This document shows, one piece after another, positions 1 through 10,602 of a stretch of DNA of 64,000 nucleotides (position 1 is its first letter; each line of letters starts with the position of its first letter). Source of the DNA: Chamaesiphon sp. (GTDB lineage: Bacteria; Cyanobacteriota; Cyanobacteriia; Cyanobacteriales; Chamaesiphonaceae). The notes under the pieces were generated by a model. That model made no database searches and was not told the origin of the DNA. It saw only the letters and a program-made list of their open reading frames with translations. The position numbers were made by a program, and so were the translations under genes. Where the stretch lies: assembly GCA_965246715.1 (NCBI GenBank), contig CBDFFH010000012.1, positions 1 to 64,000 of the forward strand. The letters run 5' to 3'.

Positions 1-561
1 GGCGGACACTGGAGCGGTTGCGCTTATTTAGAACGGGCAATCGAATTAGATCCAGATTTAGTCATTCCTAGTTGCGAGGAGCTATATCGGTTCTATACTT
101 TACAAGGCGATCTCACAGCAGCTCAAATGTATTTAGATTGGCGACAACAACATTTACCCAAACAATGGCGCTCGAAACTAGAGCGCAAAATCAAAGATAC
201 CGATCGCTTTGTGCCACACGATCTGGAGCAAAATGTAGTTAATGAGATCCGAAGTAAGTTAGCCAATTATCCGATTGTGGAACGGGCATATTTAGTCTGT
301 AAACCGATGCGAATTTTTGCCGAGCACCCACTGTATGTTTTGGGTATTAAACTTGCCAATTCTTCTAGAAAGCTCGATCGCCGAGACCAAGATTTAGCAG
401 CATTCGAGCGCGATCTTTGCAATCGATTGCGCATCGAGCTTAATTTTAGTAAGCGGCTGGTAATTGCTACTTTCGATAATCAAACATCTAGTACTACCGA
501 TCGCCAGGATCTGAGATTAATCGAAAATATCGCTCAAATACCTCGCGCCCAGATCTTCTAA
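1..561 (+). CDS. C-terminal part of a protein running off the left edge; resembles the C-terminus of M48-family Zn-dependent proteases
   Basis: Frame 1 is open from base 1 (GGHWSGCAYLERAIELDPDL...) to TAA at 561. The family call is by recollection; no catalytic motif lies in the window. Confidence 0.5.
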   Translation, partial: GGHWSGCAYLERAIELDPDLVIPSCEELYRFYTLQGDLTAAQMYLDWRQQHLPKQWRSKLERKIKDTDRFVPHDLEQNVVNEIRSKLANYPIVERAYLVCKPMRIFAEHPLYVLGIKLANSSRKLDRRDQDLAAFERDLCNRLRIELNFSKRLVIATFDNQTSSTTDRQDLRLIENIAQIPRAQIF

Positions 562-629
562 CAGTCGCTCAAATTTCTAAACACTCTCGATCGACTCTAT
601 TCATTTTATCAAGTTATAGTTTGTCAAAA

Positions 630-1307
630 ATGTCCAAGCATCTTCAGCCTAGTTTCGCGAGTCAATGGTTATTAATTCAAGTATTCGGATCGATCGCGTT
701 AACTACTGCCACTCAAGCGATCGTTACCTTAATTATCTTATTGTTTCATCTAGAGCAGCTCTGGGCTGTCTATTCACTCAGATTATTAGGCTGTTTATTC
801 AGTAGTGCTACTCAAGGGTATTTACAGTGGCAGATGCTCAAGCAAGTAGTAAAAACACTCGATCGGCAATGGATTTACACGTCGATCGTGGGCTTACCAA
901 TTCATATAATTACCTGGGCATCAATTCATCTCGGGATCGAGATCTTAGCTTTAGATGCAGATGGTACAGTTTTAGTAATTTTAGCGATCGTTGGCGCAGT
1001 CGGTGGCGGTATTCACGGCCGCATTATCGGCAATTGGCAAAAATCTTTATTCAAGCAAAGTTTATACTGGCGATCGCTATGGCATGATTGGGATCGCGAG
1101 CAGTTATTAGCTGGTGCTCTGAGTGGAGTTGTCACTGCGGTAATGATTATTTGTGCGGTACTTTTCTGCGGGTGGAATTGGATGGCTTCACCACTAGCGG
1201 GATTTTTATATGCGATCGGGTTAGCCTCGATTTCACAGGTAATGTATGGTTTCATCGTCGGCGATACTATTCATGATGTCTTCAGACAAGCTAAATTATT
1301 AGATTAA
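630..1307 (+). CDS. Hypothetical multi-pass membrane protein
   Basis: ORF with about 6 hydrophobic segments; ATG at 630. Confidence 0.7.
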   Translation: MSKHLQPSFASQWLLIQVFGSIALTTATQAIVTLIILLFHLEQLWAVYSLRLLGCLFSSATQGYLQWQMLKQVVKTLDRQWIYTSIVGLPIHIITWASIHLGIEILALDADGTVLVILAIVGAVGGGIHGRIIGNWQKSLFKQSLYWRSLWHDWDREQLLAGALSGVVTAVMIICAVLFCGWNWMASPLAGFLYAIGLASISQVMYGFIVGDTIHDVFRQAKLLD

Positions 1308-1524
1308 TGTAAGTGTCTCCTAACGGGGAGGCTACGCTAACAGGATAAGAATATTGGCTCCTCTATGGCACCGAACTCGATTGAAATCGGTGCTAGTAGT
1401 GCAAAGTCCGCCTACGCGGACTAAATAACCTCAGTTCGGGTTAAGGATTTCTCGTTTAGACCATTCTTGGATTGGTGCTTAGTCTTAAGTTATTGGTGCT
1501 AAAGAACCCGGATCTGGGGGAGGC

Positions 1525-1572
1525 TGTCTTGTCGCGCTTTTTACGTCGGGGAACCCGACGAGCGCGCGCCGC
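1525..1572 (-). repeat. 48-nt hairpin micro-element (GCG...CAAGACA family)
   Basis: TGTCTTG...CGC with an internal stem-loop; absent from the otherwise matching repeat at 37263-37410. Confidence 0.8.
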
Positions 1573-1595
1573 TCCCCCAGACCCCCCGTTGAGGA

Positions 1596-1675
1596 GCGAC
1601 CCAAATCGCGCTGAGGTCTCCGTCTGGCGACACGTCTCGCTTCGCTCGCCTACAGCGTGCGTTTGGGTCAAGACA
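1596..1675 (+). repeat. Hairpin micro-element (GCG...CAAGACA family, second subtype) with ~30 extra nt in its loop
   Basis: Matches 47412-47461 except for the extra loop sequence. Confidence 0.75.
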
Positions 1676-1891
1676 GCGGAGTGCCGCCCCTCAAACTCCC
1701 CTGCACAAAGGTTAATTTGTGAGCAGCGGAGAGCGCTTCGCATTAGCTCCGCACTATGGGTCGATCTGTGAGTGGAGTTTATCGATCGTCGAGTGATTGA
1801 CTTGGGGGCGCAGCTTAAATTCTTATCCCGAACTGACGTTAAATAATTAGTCCACCGAGCCTACCCTTCTCCGCCGAGAGTAGGAAACATT

Positions 1892-3118
1892 TTAAACTGA
1901 ATCGATGAGATTTCTTGCAAATTCAATTGCTTCAGCTGGAGTAGCAATCTTATCGAGAATTCTTGCTAATTGGATCTCTGTCAGTAATTTACCGATCGTT
2001 GGTGATGGGGTAAGCCGTAAAGCTTGAATCAGATCGTGTCCGTTAACTAGTGGAGTCGGATGTGCAACTTGGTCTTCAGGATTGAGATAGCGATCGATTA
2101 ACTCTGTCAATTGTGCGATGTTAACTCCAGCTGCGATCGCTAAAATTACTAGTAAGGGAAAATTATTACCTACCGATTGAAACCAAAAATATTGCTCGGT
2201 TAGCGATAACTCTCCCTGCAATAGTTGGGGTAAATAGGTCATCGCAATAGTTACTGCTTGAATTTCCACAGCACTAAATGTCAGCCGCAACATTTGGGCG
2301 GTAGCTAGCGATAGTTCTGGGGCTAACAATGCCGTCAATTTACCCATTGCCCCACGGGAGATCGGAATCGTATCCCGCAATGGTTGGTGGATCTCCCGAT
2401 CGAGTGCGGGATAATGCTGTTTTACTAAGTCGATGGCATTATCGATCTGCGTCAATCGGTTGCGATAATCTTCGCGCACGGGGATTTCTAACCAACCGGC
2501 TAATAGCTCATCGGCAACTACCGCCGCCAGCCACTGACTGCTATGCGGCGTTTGTAATAAATATCGCAATTCTGCCAACACCCGTTCGGCGGCAACCTTC
2601 GTCAGTAGAGGTGCCAATTCTCGAATCGTCTGCTGCGTCTGGGATTCGATCGTAAAATTAAGCTGTGCCCCTTGCCGATAAGCTCTCAACAGCCGCAAGG
2701 GGTCATCGATTAGGTTGTGCCTACTTACCATCCGAATCGTCCGGCTGTGAAGATCTTGGGTGCCATTGAGCGGATCGATCGTGACTCCAGCCTGAAGATC
2801 GTAGGCAATTGCATTGAGCGTATAGTCCCGCCGCGACAGATCTTGTAAAATATCCCCTTCTTGCTGCGCGATATCTACCGTCATCCCCGGAAACACCACC
2901 CGCGCGATCTGACGTTCGGCATCCAATAACACGAACCCAGCTTGATATGCCTGTGCCAATCGCCGCGCGACATCGACAGCACCTGTAGAGATCGTTAAAT
3001 CTAAATCGAGTTCTTTTCGTATCCGCCCCAACAAACCATCCCGCACTGCTCCCCCAACAACATACACGGGTTTTGGCAACAGATTTAAGTCAAATGGTAG
3101 ATTTACTAAAAATTGCAT
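1892..3118 (-). CDS. tRNA nucleotidyltransferase / poly(A) polymerase family; probably the CC-adding enzyme
   Basis: VGGAVRD, DLD, RRDYTLNA and DDPLRLLR motifs; lacks the DHH/CBS extension of cyanobacterial A-adding enzymes. Confidence 0.85.
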   Translation of the reverse strand: MQFLVNLPFDLNLLPKPVYVVGGAVRDGLLGRIRKELDLDLTISTGAVDVARRLAQAYQAGFVLLDAERQIARVVFPGMTVDIAQQEGDILQDLSRRDYTLNAIAYDLQAGVTIDPLNGTQDLHSRTIRMVSRHNLIDDPLRLLRAYRQGAQLNFTIESQTQQTIRELAPLLTKVAAERVLAELRYLLQTPHSSQWLAAVVADELLAGWLEIPVREDYRNRLTQIDNAIDLVKQHYPALDREIHQPLRDTIPISRGAMGKLTALLAPELSLATAQMLRLTFSAVEIQAVTIAMTYLPQLLQGELSLTEQYFWFQSVGNNFPLLVILAIAAGVNIAQLTELIDRYLNPEDQVAHPTPLVNGHDLIQALRLTPSPTIGKLLTEIQLARILDKIATPAEAIEFARNLIDSV

Positions 3119-3182
3119 AGAATACAAGATATTGGTAGTAGGTGAGCGGTGTTATTGAAGATCGGGTAAGTTCACTAGCCAC

Positions 3183-3229
3183 TGTCTTGATGCGCTAAAC
3201 CGTCGGGGAACCCGACGAGCGCGCATCGC
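3183..3229 (-). repeat. 47-nt hairpin micro-element inserted in a TAGCCAC heptamer array
   Basis: TGTCTTG...CGC; removing it restores TAGCCACTAGCCAC. Confidence 0.8.
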
Positions 3230-3265
3230 TAGCCACTAGCCACTAACCACTAGTCACTAAACCCC

Positions 3266-3514
3266 ATGTGTATTTGTATTAACTGTGAATATGTCGATCG
3301 CTGCACGACCTATCATGCAGTCGAAGAACAACACCAACAAGCGCATCTGACGATATCACCCACGTTTGAAGCCAAAGAACCACATATTAATGTGAATATT
3401 CGCACTCTTGATGAAGGCGTGGAAATGGAATGGGATGTAGTCGGCTGTCAGAGTTTCAAACAAGAGCAGGGTAAATGGTCGCGGTTGCGTCCTGGCGAAC
3501 TAATCCCTACTTAA
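3266..3514 (+). CDS. ycf34: Ycf34 family Fe-S protein
   Basis: MCICINCxxVDRC...EWDVVGC signature, 82 aa. Confidence 0.9.
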   Translation: MCICINCEYVDRCTTYHAVEEQHQQAHLTISPTFEAKEPHINVNIRTLDEGVEMEWDVVGCQSFKQEQGKWSRLRPGELIPT

Positions 3515-3934
3515 AATTTTGGCAATCCGGCCATCGGTAAGATCGTAGGTAAGTTCGATTTGGAGATAATCATCGGGTAGATCGGATAATCTTTCTGCCC
3601 ATTCGATCGCGACTATTCCCAATTCGGACTCGATTCCCAACCAATAGGATTCTAAATTGAGATCGGCAACCTCCACCGGCTCCAAACGGTAAAGATCGAG
3701 ATGATACAGCGGCAATCGACCGGTTAAGTACTCATTAATAATCGTAAATGTTGGACTGACGATCGAGTCGGCGATGTCCAATCCTACTGCCAAACCTTGA
3801 ACTAATGTAGTTTTACCACTACCCAAATCGCCAGTCAATAATAATACGCTACCGGCGGTTAACGATCGCCCGAGTTCTACCCCCAAAGCATGGGTGGCGC
3901 TGGCATCTACTAAGTTGACAATCCGCTCGGTCAT
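3500..3934 (-). CDS. tsaE: tRNA threonylcarbamoyladenosine biosynthesis ATPase TsaE
   Basis: GDLGSGKT, SPTF, HLDLYRL and IEW motifs. Confidence 0.95.
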   Translation of the reverse strand: MTERIVNLVDASATHALGVELGRSLTAGSVLLLTGDLGSGKTTLVQGLAVGLDIADSIVSPTFTIINEYLTGRLPLYHLDLYRLEPVEVADLNLESYWLGIESELGIVAIEWAERLSDLPDDYLQIELTYDLTDGRIAKILSRD

Positions 3935-3998
3935 GTGAAATTTTGGAGTTTGGATTACGTGTTTATTCCCCGCTATTAACTTTCAACTATCCACTAAA

Positions 3999-5435
3999 CT
4001 AGACCGATTTAATATTTTGGGGCATCGTACTTACCTTGACACTTTTCAAAGCAGTGGACTCTTGAGCGCGATGGTAGAAGTGAATCAAGGCTTTGGCGAG
4101 ACGACGGGAATTGTGGCGGAGATAGCGGGTATCGGGATCTTCTTCCATCACATTCACCGAGAAGATACTCCGACCTAGTTGTTTGACATCTTCCCGATCG
4201 AGCATAACAGGATAAGAATTTTCCTGGGCATAATTTTGTAAACAACCAGCCGATGGCGGTTTTTTCTGAACTAATACTGCATCGAATAATTTTTGACCGC
4301 AAGCTCGATCGATACTTTCGATATGATCGGCAACTGTATAACCAGTAGTCTCGCCTGGTTGAGTCATGATATTACAGACATAGATCCGAGGTACTTGGCG
4401 TGCCGCGATCGCTTCAGCAATCTCTGGCACTAGTAAATTGGAAATGACACTCGTATATAAACTCCCCGGCCCCATAATAATATAGTCCGCCTCTTGAATG
4501 GCCGCGATCGCTGCGGGTAACGCTGGTGGATTGGCGGGACTGCAACCGATTTCGACAATTTGCCCATCGGCATGACCGATATTTGACTCGCCCTCGATTC
4601 GCCGTCCATCGGCGAGTTCCGCCCACAAAGCTACATCTGTCAGGGTGGCGGGTAAAACTCGGCCGCGAATTGCTAATACCTTCGAGCTAGCTACTACCGC
4701 ACGTTCCAAATCTCCAGTAATTTCGGACATCGCTGTCAAAAACAGATTGCCGAAACTATGTCCCATCAACCCATCGCCAGCTTCAAACCGATATTGGAAT
4801 AACTCAGTTAATAATTTTTCTTCATCCGCTAGCGCGGCAATACAGTTACGAATATCGCCAGGAGGTAACACGCCAAAGTCACGCCTCAGTCGGCCCGAGG
4901 AGCCACCGTCATCGGCGACAGTGACGATCGCGGTGAGATTGGCACTATAGAGCTTTAAACCGCGTAAGAGCGTCGATAAGCCTGTACCACCACCGATCGC
5001 GACGATTTTGGGGCCGCGATTGAGTCGCCGATTGTTCCACAGCATATCTAGTAAGTTTTGACCACCATCTGGACGCAAAACTTTGCTCACTTCACTGAGC
5101 GAACGACTGTGACCCCAAAATACTAGGAACAGACCGAAGCCTAGTACGAGTGGCCCCGACAAGTAATGTGGAATAACTTTGGCTAAAAATTCAATAACCC
5201 GATCGACGATCGTAAACAGCCAAAAAATCGGCGTTAGCTTGAGCCAGATTGCCAAGCCCAAAATGGTCATGATCACGCCGACATAGATCGTGAACAACCA
5301 GCGTTTGACAAAAATCCCTGGCGATAGCCACTGAAATAACCGCCGAACGCGAGGATGCTTGCCGCCCTGTGACGAAGACATACCGCTGCTACGCCCTAAA
5401 TTTCTAACTGCTTGTCTGAAGAGACCGATCGACAT
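3999..5435 (-). CDS. YvcK/GlmR (UPF0052) family protein with N-terminal membrane segments
   Basis: GGGTGL, DDGGSSG, PGDIRN and GPGSLYTS motifs. Confidence 0.9.
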   Translation of the reverse strand: MSIGLFRQAVRNLGRSSGMSSSQGGKHPRVRRLFQWLSPGIFVKRWLFTIYVGVIMTILGLAIWLKLTPIFWLFTIVDRVIEFLAKVIPHYLSGPLVLGFGLFLVFWGHSRSLSEVSKVLRPDGGQNLLDMLWNNRRLNRGPKIVAIGGGTGLSTLLRGLKLYSANLTAIVTVADDGGSSGRLRRDFGVLPPGDIRNCIAALADEEKLLTELFQYRFEAGDGLMGHSFGNLFLTAMSEITGDLERAVVASSKVLAIRGRVLPATLTDVALWAELADGRRIEGESNIGHADGQIVEIGCSPANPPALPAAIAAIQEADYIIMGPGSLYTSVISNLLVPEIAEAIAARQVPRIYVCNIMTQPGETTGYTVADHIESIDRACGQKLFDAVLVQKKPPSAGCLQNYAQENSYPVMLDREDVKQLGRSIFSVNVMEEDPDTRYLRHNSRRLAKALIHFYHRAQESTALKSVKVSTMPQNIKSV

Positions 5436-5705
5436 TATTTTTGTGGATTAAAAATAAGAGAATTTTAGATTGATAGACAGACCGGGATGAGACAATCTTA
5501 CAGGTACTCTGACGGATCGGAAAGAGTAGCGCGCTCGTTCTAATCGTACACAGGTCAAAATTTAGCCAGATCGAGTTTAACTTGCCTGCTGTCCTATATC
5601 CCCATTTAATCCGACTATAATTGCGATCGTAAAGGTAGGATCAACAGGTTCAGCTATAATACTCATCTTAAGTAATAGGTTCGAGCCTAATTTTTGGTTA
5701 AATTC

Positions 5706-6191
5706 ATGACAGTTTCCCGAATTCTTGGCTTAGATCCTGGATTGGCAAGTCTGGGCTTCGGCGCGATTACCGTGGCGATGCATACTCGTCCGCCGTCGAT
5801 CTCCTTAATTGATTTTGGGATCATCCAAACTCCTGCACGCACAGAGATCGGTTCTCGGCTTCAGACTATTTACGAAGATCTCCATAACTTGTTAGACGAA
5901 ATTAAACCCGATTTAGTGGCGATCGAGCAATTATTTTTTTATAAGATGGGTAATACGATTCCGGTAGCTCAGGCACGGGGGGTGGTGCTGTTAGTCATCG
6001 CCCAACATCAATTACCTTGGGTAGAATTTACGCCAGCTCAAATCAAACAAGCAGTTGCGGGGTATGGCAATGCCAAAAAGCCAGAAGTTCAAGAAGCTGT
6101 AGCCCGAGAGCTAACTCTCGATAAAGTTCCCCGCCCCGACGATGCTGCTGACGCATTGGCAGTAGCAATTGCTGCCTGGATGCAACTCTAA
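5706..6191 (+). CDS. ruvC: Holliday junction endonuclease RuvC
   Basis: ILGLDPG, AIE and [10 protein letters not shown] motifs. Confidence 0.95.
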   Translation: MTVSRILGLDPGLASLGFGAITVAMHTRPPSISLIDFGIIQTPARTEIGSRLQTIYEDLHNLLDEIKPDLVAIEQLFFYKMGNTIPVAQARGVVLLVIAQHQLPWVEFTPAQIKQAVAGYGNAKKPEVQEAVARELTLDKVPRPDDAADALAVAIAAWMQL

Positions 6192-6241
6192 AATCGAGAT
6201 CGATCGGTAACAATCATCGGCATGCCGATGATGACAATGAT

Positions 6242-6275
6242 ATAGCCCCGACTTCTTTGAAGAAGTCGGGGCTAT
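6242..6275. terminator. Near-perfect hairpin between convergent genes (terminator or REP-like)
   Basis: ATAGCCCCGACTTCTT-TG-AAGAAGTCGGGGCTAT. Confidence 0.55.
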
Positions 6276-6293
6276 CGTAGCAATGGGATTTCG

Positions 6294-6475
6294 GGCGTTG
6301 CTGAATTAATGTATGAAACGCACAAACAATTTTTGTAGGGGTAATGCCTCGTGCTTACCCCGCATCGATTCAGGGTACCCACAAGCGGCGTTTTTATTCG
6401 GGGGGAACCCCCGAATAAAAAAACGACAAGACAGGAGCACCCCTACAAAAAATCATACCCATATTCAGCAACGCC
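6294..6475. mobile_element. MITE (182 bp) with GGCGTTGCTGAAT terminal inverted repeats
   Basis: TIRs plus an exact 8-bp target duplication GGATTTCG (6286-6293, 6476-6483); carries GTAGGGG-type palindromes. Confidence 0.85.
6385..6433 (+). repeat. 49-nt hairpin micro-element (third subtype)
   Basis: GCG...CAAGACA with an AT-rich stem, inserted into CACAA^GG(A/G)GCACCCCTAC; an uninterrupted version lies at ~13651-13668. Confidence 0.8.
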
Positions 6476-6489
6476 GGATTTCGGTTACT

Positions 6490-6987
6490 TTATGCGGAAA
6501 GAATCGTCGCAAATTCTGGCAAGACGACTCGATTGAGCCAAAAGTCGCTCAATACAACCATAGATTCTTTAAACTGTTGGAGGTCGGTGGCTTTCCGCAG
6601 ATAACCCCCAGCGCCCAAGTAATAACATTGTTTGATATCCTCGGGACGATCGGATGTTGTCAAGATAACTGTAGGAATATAATGTAAAACTGGGTCTTCT
6701 TTAATCGTCTTTAAAACTTGACAGCCTTCAATCTCTGGTAGATTTAAATCCAGCAAAATTAAGGTGGGAATTTGAATGTAATCTGTAGTTTTCCGGATCG
6801 ATCGTTCTAAATACTCCAGTGCTTGTCTGCCAGTGTGACAGCGGTGCAGCTGGGTGGCGATCGGCGATTGTTGAAACGAACGCTCGATTACTTGATAATC
6901 CTCATCATTATTTTCGATTACTAAAACTAATGGTCGAGATAAGCGAGCGTAGGTGTTAGCTGGTTTAGATATAGACAGAGAATTCAT
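6490..6987 (-). CDS. Single-domain response regulator (Rcp1-like)
   Basis: LILLDLNLP, VILTTS and YLRK receiver motifs; the acidic pocket is degenerate (IENN). Confidence 0.85.
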   Translation of the reverse strand: MNSLSISKPANTYARLSRPLVLVIENNDEDYQVIERSFQQSPIATQLHRCHTGRQALEYLERSIRKTTDYIQIPTLILLDLNLPEIEGCQVLKTIKEDPVLHYIPTVILTTSDRPEDIKQCYYLGAGGYLRKATDLQQFKESMVVLSDFWLNRVVLPEFATILSA

Positions 6988-7281
6988 ACACGATCGAGTT
7001 TAATTGGTTCCAGTAGAGTAAGCGAGTGCAATTATCTTGTAAAGTATGGTAGCGAGATTAATAGTAAGATCTCTCTCCCGATCGATAGAGTACCGTGCAT
7101 CTTTACATTTAATACCGATTCTGACAACTCAATAAAGTGAGTAATTAGAATTAAAAATAATCGAGACAATCTAAAGTTAATCTTAAATTTTATCGCGATC
7201 GAGAGTGCATAACTGCGAAGTTAAAAGTGCGATAACTAAAGCAGTACGAAGTCACTACTTTCGGCGATTTGAAGGTTTGGA

Positions 7282-7800
7282 TTAAAAATTACTGACAGCA
7301 ATTTGAGTTAATGCCATCAGCACGGGATCTGGCGATCGGGCTATTGACATAAAGAAAGCCACCACCGCCAGTACTCGATCGTTTTCCACGATTGGGATTG
7401 CCAAACCTGCTTTGACATTTAACGCTTTCGCAATTTGATGTCGCAAAAAATAGCTTTCCGATGCTACCGAAACATCATCTAGCCACTCTGGTTGGCGGGA
7501 TTGCCAGACTCGTCCTGGTAGTCCTTCTCCACGGCTAAGTACAAACGCCTGACTACAGAGTTGAAACTGTCTCCAAGCATTCGCGCGATCGAGTCCTAAA
7601 TTGGTATCGATGCTCCAGGCGGAACTTAGCTCTAGGACTGGAGCTGTAGTAGCTGGAATCCATGATTCACCATATTCCCAGTCTGTACCGACACAGACAA
7701 GAGTTAGTCGTGAATTTAATGTGATACTTAAGTTTGCTGCTGAAGACAACTGTCGATCGAACATAGGTGATGTCGATTTTGGGTAAGGATCGCGCTCCAT
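7282..7800 (-). CDS. Stand-alone GAF domain protein
   Basis: GEGLPGRVW...PEW and AGLAIPI GAF-type motifs. Confidence 0.8.
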   Translation of the reverse strand: MERDPYPKSTSPMFDRQLSSAANLSITLNSRLTLVCVGTDWEYGESWIPATTAPVLELSSAWSIDTNLGLDRANAWRQFQLCSQAFVLSRGEGLPGRVWQSRQPEWLDDVSVASESYFLRHQIAKALNVKAGLAIPIVENDRVLAVVAFFMSIARSPDPVLMALTQIAVSNF

Positions 7801-7869
7801 ATATTTAACTAATCAGTTAATAATACTTCTACTGGAAATCGAACGAGATGTAGGTAAAAAAATACTCAT

Positions 7870-8281
7870 TCACGGCTGCCATCATACACAGCATCGCCAG
7901 CGTGGGATGAATCGAGGGAAACGCGAGCGAAATCGCCTAGCCGACATTCGCACCAACGAAAAATAACGGGAAAATAAAGCCACCCCGAAAGCCACAGTGG
8001 AGGGTCATGCAAATTGCCAACAGCTTGGCTAGCGCGATGCCTAGCAACATCGCCACACCCAGACTCGCAGCTGTCGCGATCGTATCCTCGATCTGGCGTT
8101 CGCCAAAAAATAGCGTTTGGGGGAAGAATAGCGAAGCTAAGATCATCGATGGTGTTTGTTTGATATCGATCTTGCCAGGACCGACAATGCCGACAATTGC
8201 CGACCAGAAGATGGTTTGCTCGAAACTAATCTCGAGATCGATTGTCGGCGAATCTTGATTATTAGCATCCATCATAAACAT
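7870..8281 (-). pseudogene. Chloride channel (CLC) family remnant
   Basis: GFRGGFIFPLFF motif; in-frame TAG at 7937-7939, after which the frame continues AISLAFPSIHPTLAMLCMMAAV; most of the protein is missing. Confidence 0.7.
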
Positions 8282-8619
8282 GCTCTAATTTGATTATTCA
8301 GTTGATAAGTTTTCAGTTGCTAATTTGCGAACCTCAATATATTTATTTAAGTATTATCAAACCATCAAAAATGTTCGAGCAAAACATTTTTGACGGTCAT
8401 ATGCGTTTTTTTCATGTTGTCGATGCAAAAATACTCGGCAACTAGAGGTCGGACAAATCAGGTAATTTCATGACAATCTCGACAGTCATGCGAGTCAATC
8501 GATAAATCCTAAAAATCTAGCTAGCAAGCAGTCTGAGCGCGCTAGCAACGGTCGATCGAGCGCAAATCATCCGAGGCGATCGACTCAAACAACTAATGGA
8601 ATTAATTTAAGATCTGAAA

Positions 8620-8645
8620 AAATCATACCCATATTCAGCAACGCC
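8620..8645. repeat. Solo end of the GGCGTTGCTGAAT MITE family
   Basis: AAATCATACCCATATTCAGCAACGCC is identical to 6450-6475. Confidence 0.7.
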
Positions 8646-8703
8646 AAATTTTCATCCTGCTTGTGAGCCGATCGAACGGGCGCTCCGCGAAAGTCAAGAG
8701 CGG

Positions 8704-10456
8704 ATGACATTGGCGCTCGATGCCGCACAGATGGGTACTTTTGATTGGGATTTAGTGACGGATACGGCAATCTGGAATGAGTATCACGCTAAATTGATGG
8801 ATTATCCGCCAGCGCCGCAATATACTTATGCCGATTGGGAGCGGCGGGTATATCCAGCAGATTTACTCCGAGTCAAAGCCGGATTCCAACACGCGATCGA
8901 GACACATACCGATTATTCAGCAGAGTATCGCGTGGTGTGGCGCGACGGGAGCATTCACTGGATTCATCGCTTCGGCAGATTTTATTACAATGATGACGGT
9001 CAACCCCAGCGGATGGTTGGTGTCGCTAGCGACATTACCGCGCGCAAGCAAGCCGAACTCGCGATCGCTCAAAGTGAAGAACGGATGAGTTTGGCTTTCG
9101 ATGCGGCGCAAATGGGTTCGTTCGATTGGCAGCTAGCCGCCGATCGGATCGTTTGGAATGGTTATCATGCCAAGTTGCTCGGCTATACGTTTAGAGCGGG
9201 AGAGTATACTTATGCCGATTGGGAACGCACCGTACATCCTGACGATCTGCCCGGAATCCAACAAGCGATCGAACTTGCCAAACTCGATCGCACCGATTAT
9301 TCCGAAGAATATCGCGTAGTCTGGGACGACGGGACGATTCACTGGTTAGCTGGATTCGGCCGATTTCACTATGGCGGCGATGGTAAGGCGACGCGGATGA
9401 CGGGCGTGATTTTCGATATCACCGATCGCCAAACCGCGCTCCTGGAGAGTCAGCAGACGGCGCAAGCGCTCCGTGAGAGCGAACGGCGGTATCGGGCACT
9501 TGTCGAAGCAACTGCCAAGATCGCTTGGACGATGGCAGCCGATGGCACTTGTCAGCAAGAACACTCCAATTGGGAGGCATTTACCGGACAAAGCTATGAC
9601 GAATATGCTGGCTATGGTTGGTTGGCGGCAATCCATCCCGACGATCGACTGTATACTCAGCAATTATGGTCGGCAGCGCTGATAAATCTGAACTTATTTG
9701 AAATAGAGCAACGGCTGCGGCGGTACGATGGCGAATATCGCTACATAAAGTTTCAAGGTATTACATATCCGGAAGATCTGCCTACCAATCTAGATTACAT
9801 TCGCCAGCTTTTGGCTGGTGAAATCCAGACCTATACGATGGAAAAACGCTATATTCACAAGTTGGGTCGGCGCGTGTGGGCTAACCTGACAGTCTCACTG
9901 CGGCGAGATGTTTCTGGTGCCCCGCTCCATTTTATTTCCGTAATCGAAGATATAAACGATCGCAAACAAACAGAATTTACACTTCAACAGCAAGCGATCG
10001 AACTTGCCACAACTACCGCCCAGCTCGAACTTCGCAATCAGGAGCTAAATCGGCTCTCTTATGTAGTTTCGCACGATCTGAAGGCTCCATTACGCGCGAT
10101 CGCGAATCTCTCAGAATGGATCGAAGATGACTTTGAGGGCGTAGTCGATCCGGGTACCTACAAGTATCTAGAATTGATGCGATCGCGCGTCCAGCGGATG
10201 GAAGCCCCGATCGAGTTTACCGTGTCGGATGACGGCGGAGGCATCGCGGCAGAAGACCACGAACGAGTATTTGACATCTGACATCTTTCAAACTCTAGCC
10301 GATCCTCAGAAGAAGAATACTGGCATCGGACTATCGATCGTCAAGAAGATCGTCGAAGCTCAAGGCGGCAACATCTCGATCGAATCCCAACTCGGTGCAG
10401 GTACGACATTTCGGTTCGCGTGGTGTACGGCACTACGGATTAAGGTAAAAGAATAA
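8704..10456 (+). pseudogene. Multi-PAS sensor histidine kinase, internally deleted and frameshifted
   Basis: PAS/PAC repeats and H-box SHDLKAPL; the N-box is missing; a TGACATC duplication at 10272-10285 puts the G2 box ([13 protein letters not shown]) out of frame. Confidence 0.85.
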
Positions 10457-10602
10457 GTATCGCGTTCGCTGTTGGTAGTTAGATAATCACCAACATGCAA
10501 ACGAATCGGAAATCTCGATCCCGAACTGACGTTCACCAACCAATCTATTCCCTATCCACGCTATGATATTGCAGAACTTCGATTTACCCACTCTGTAGTG
10601 TT

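Larger units (their letters stand above)
1427..1840. mobile_element. MITE-like element (414 bp) carrying nested repeats
   Basis: Ends AACCTCAGTTCGGGTTAAG / CTTATCCCGAACTGACGTT are imperfect inverted repeats, flanked by a 4-bp direct repeat AAAT (1423-1426, 1841-1844). Confidence 0.8.

Noticed and set aside
1456..1771. ORFs of 95 and 99 aa on opposite strands
   Set aside because: They are translations of GC-rich nested repeats.
6313..6687. 124-aa and 61-aa plus-strand ORFs
   Set aside because: They overlap a MITE and the antisense strand of the response regulator.
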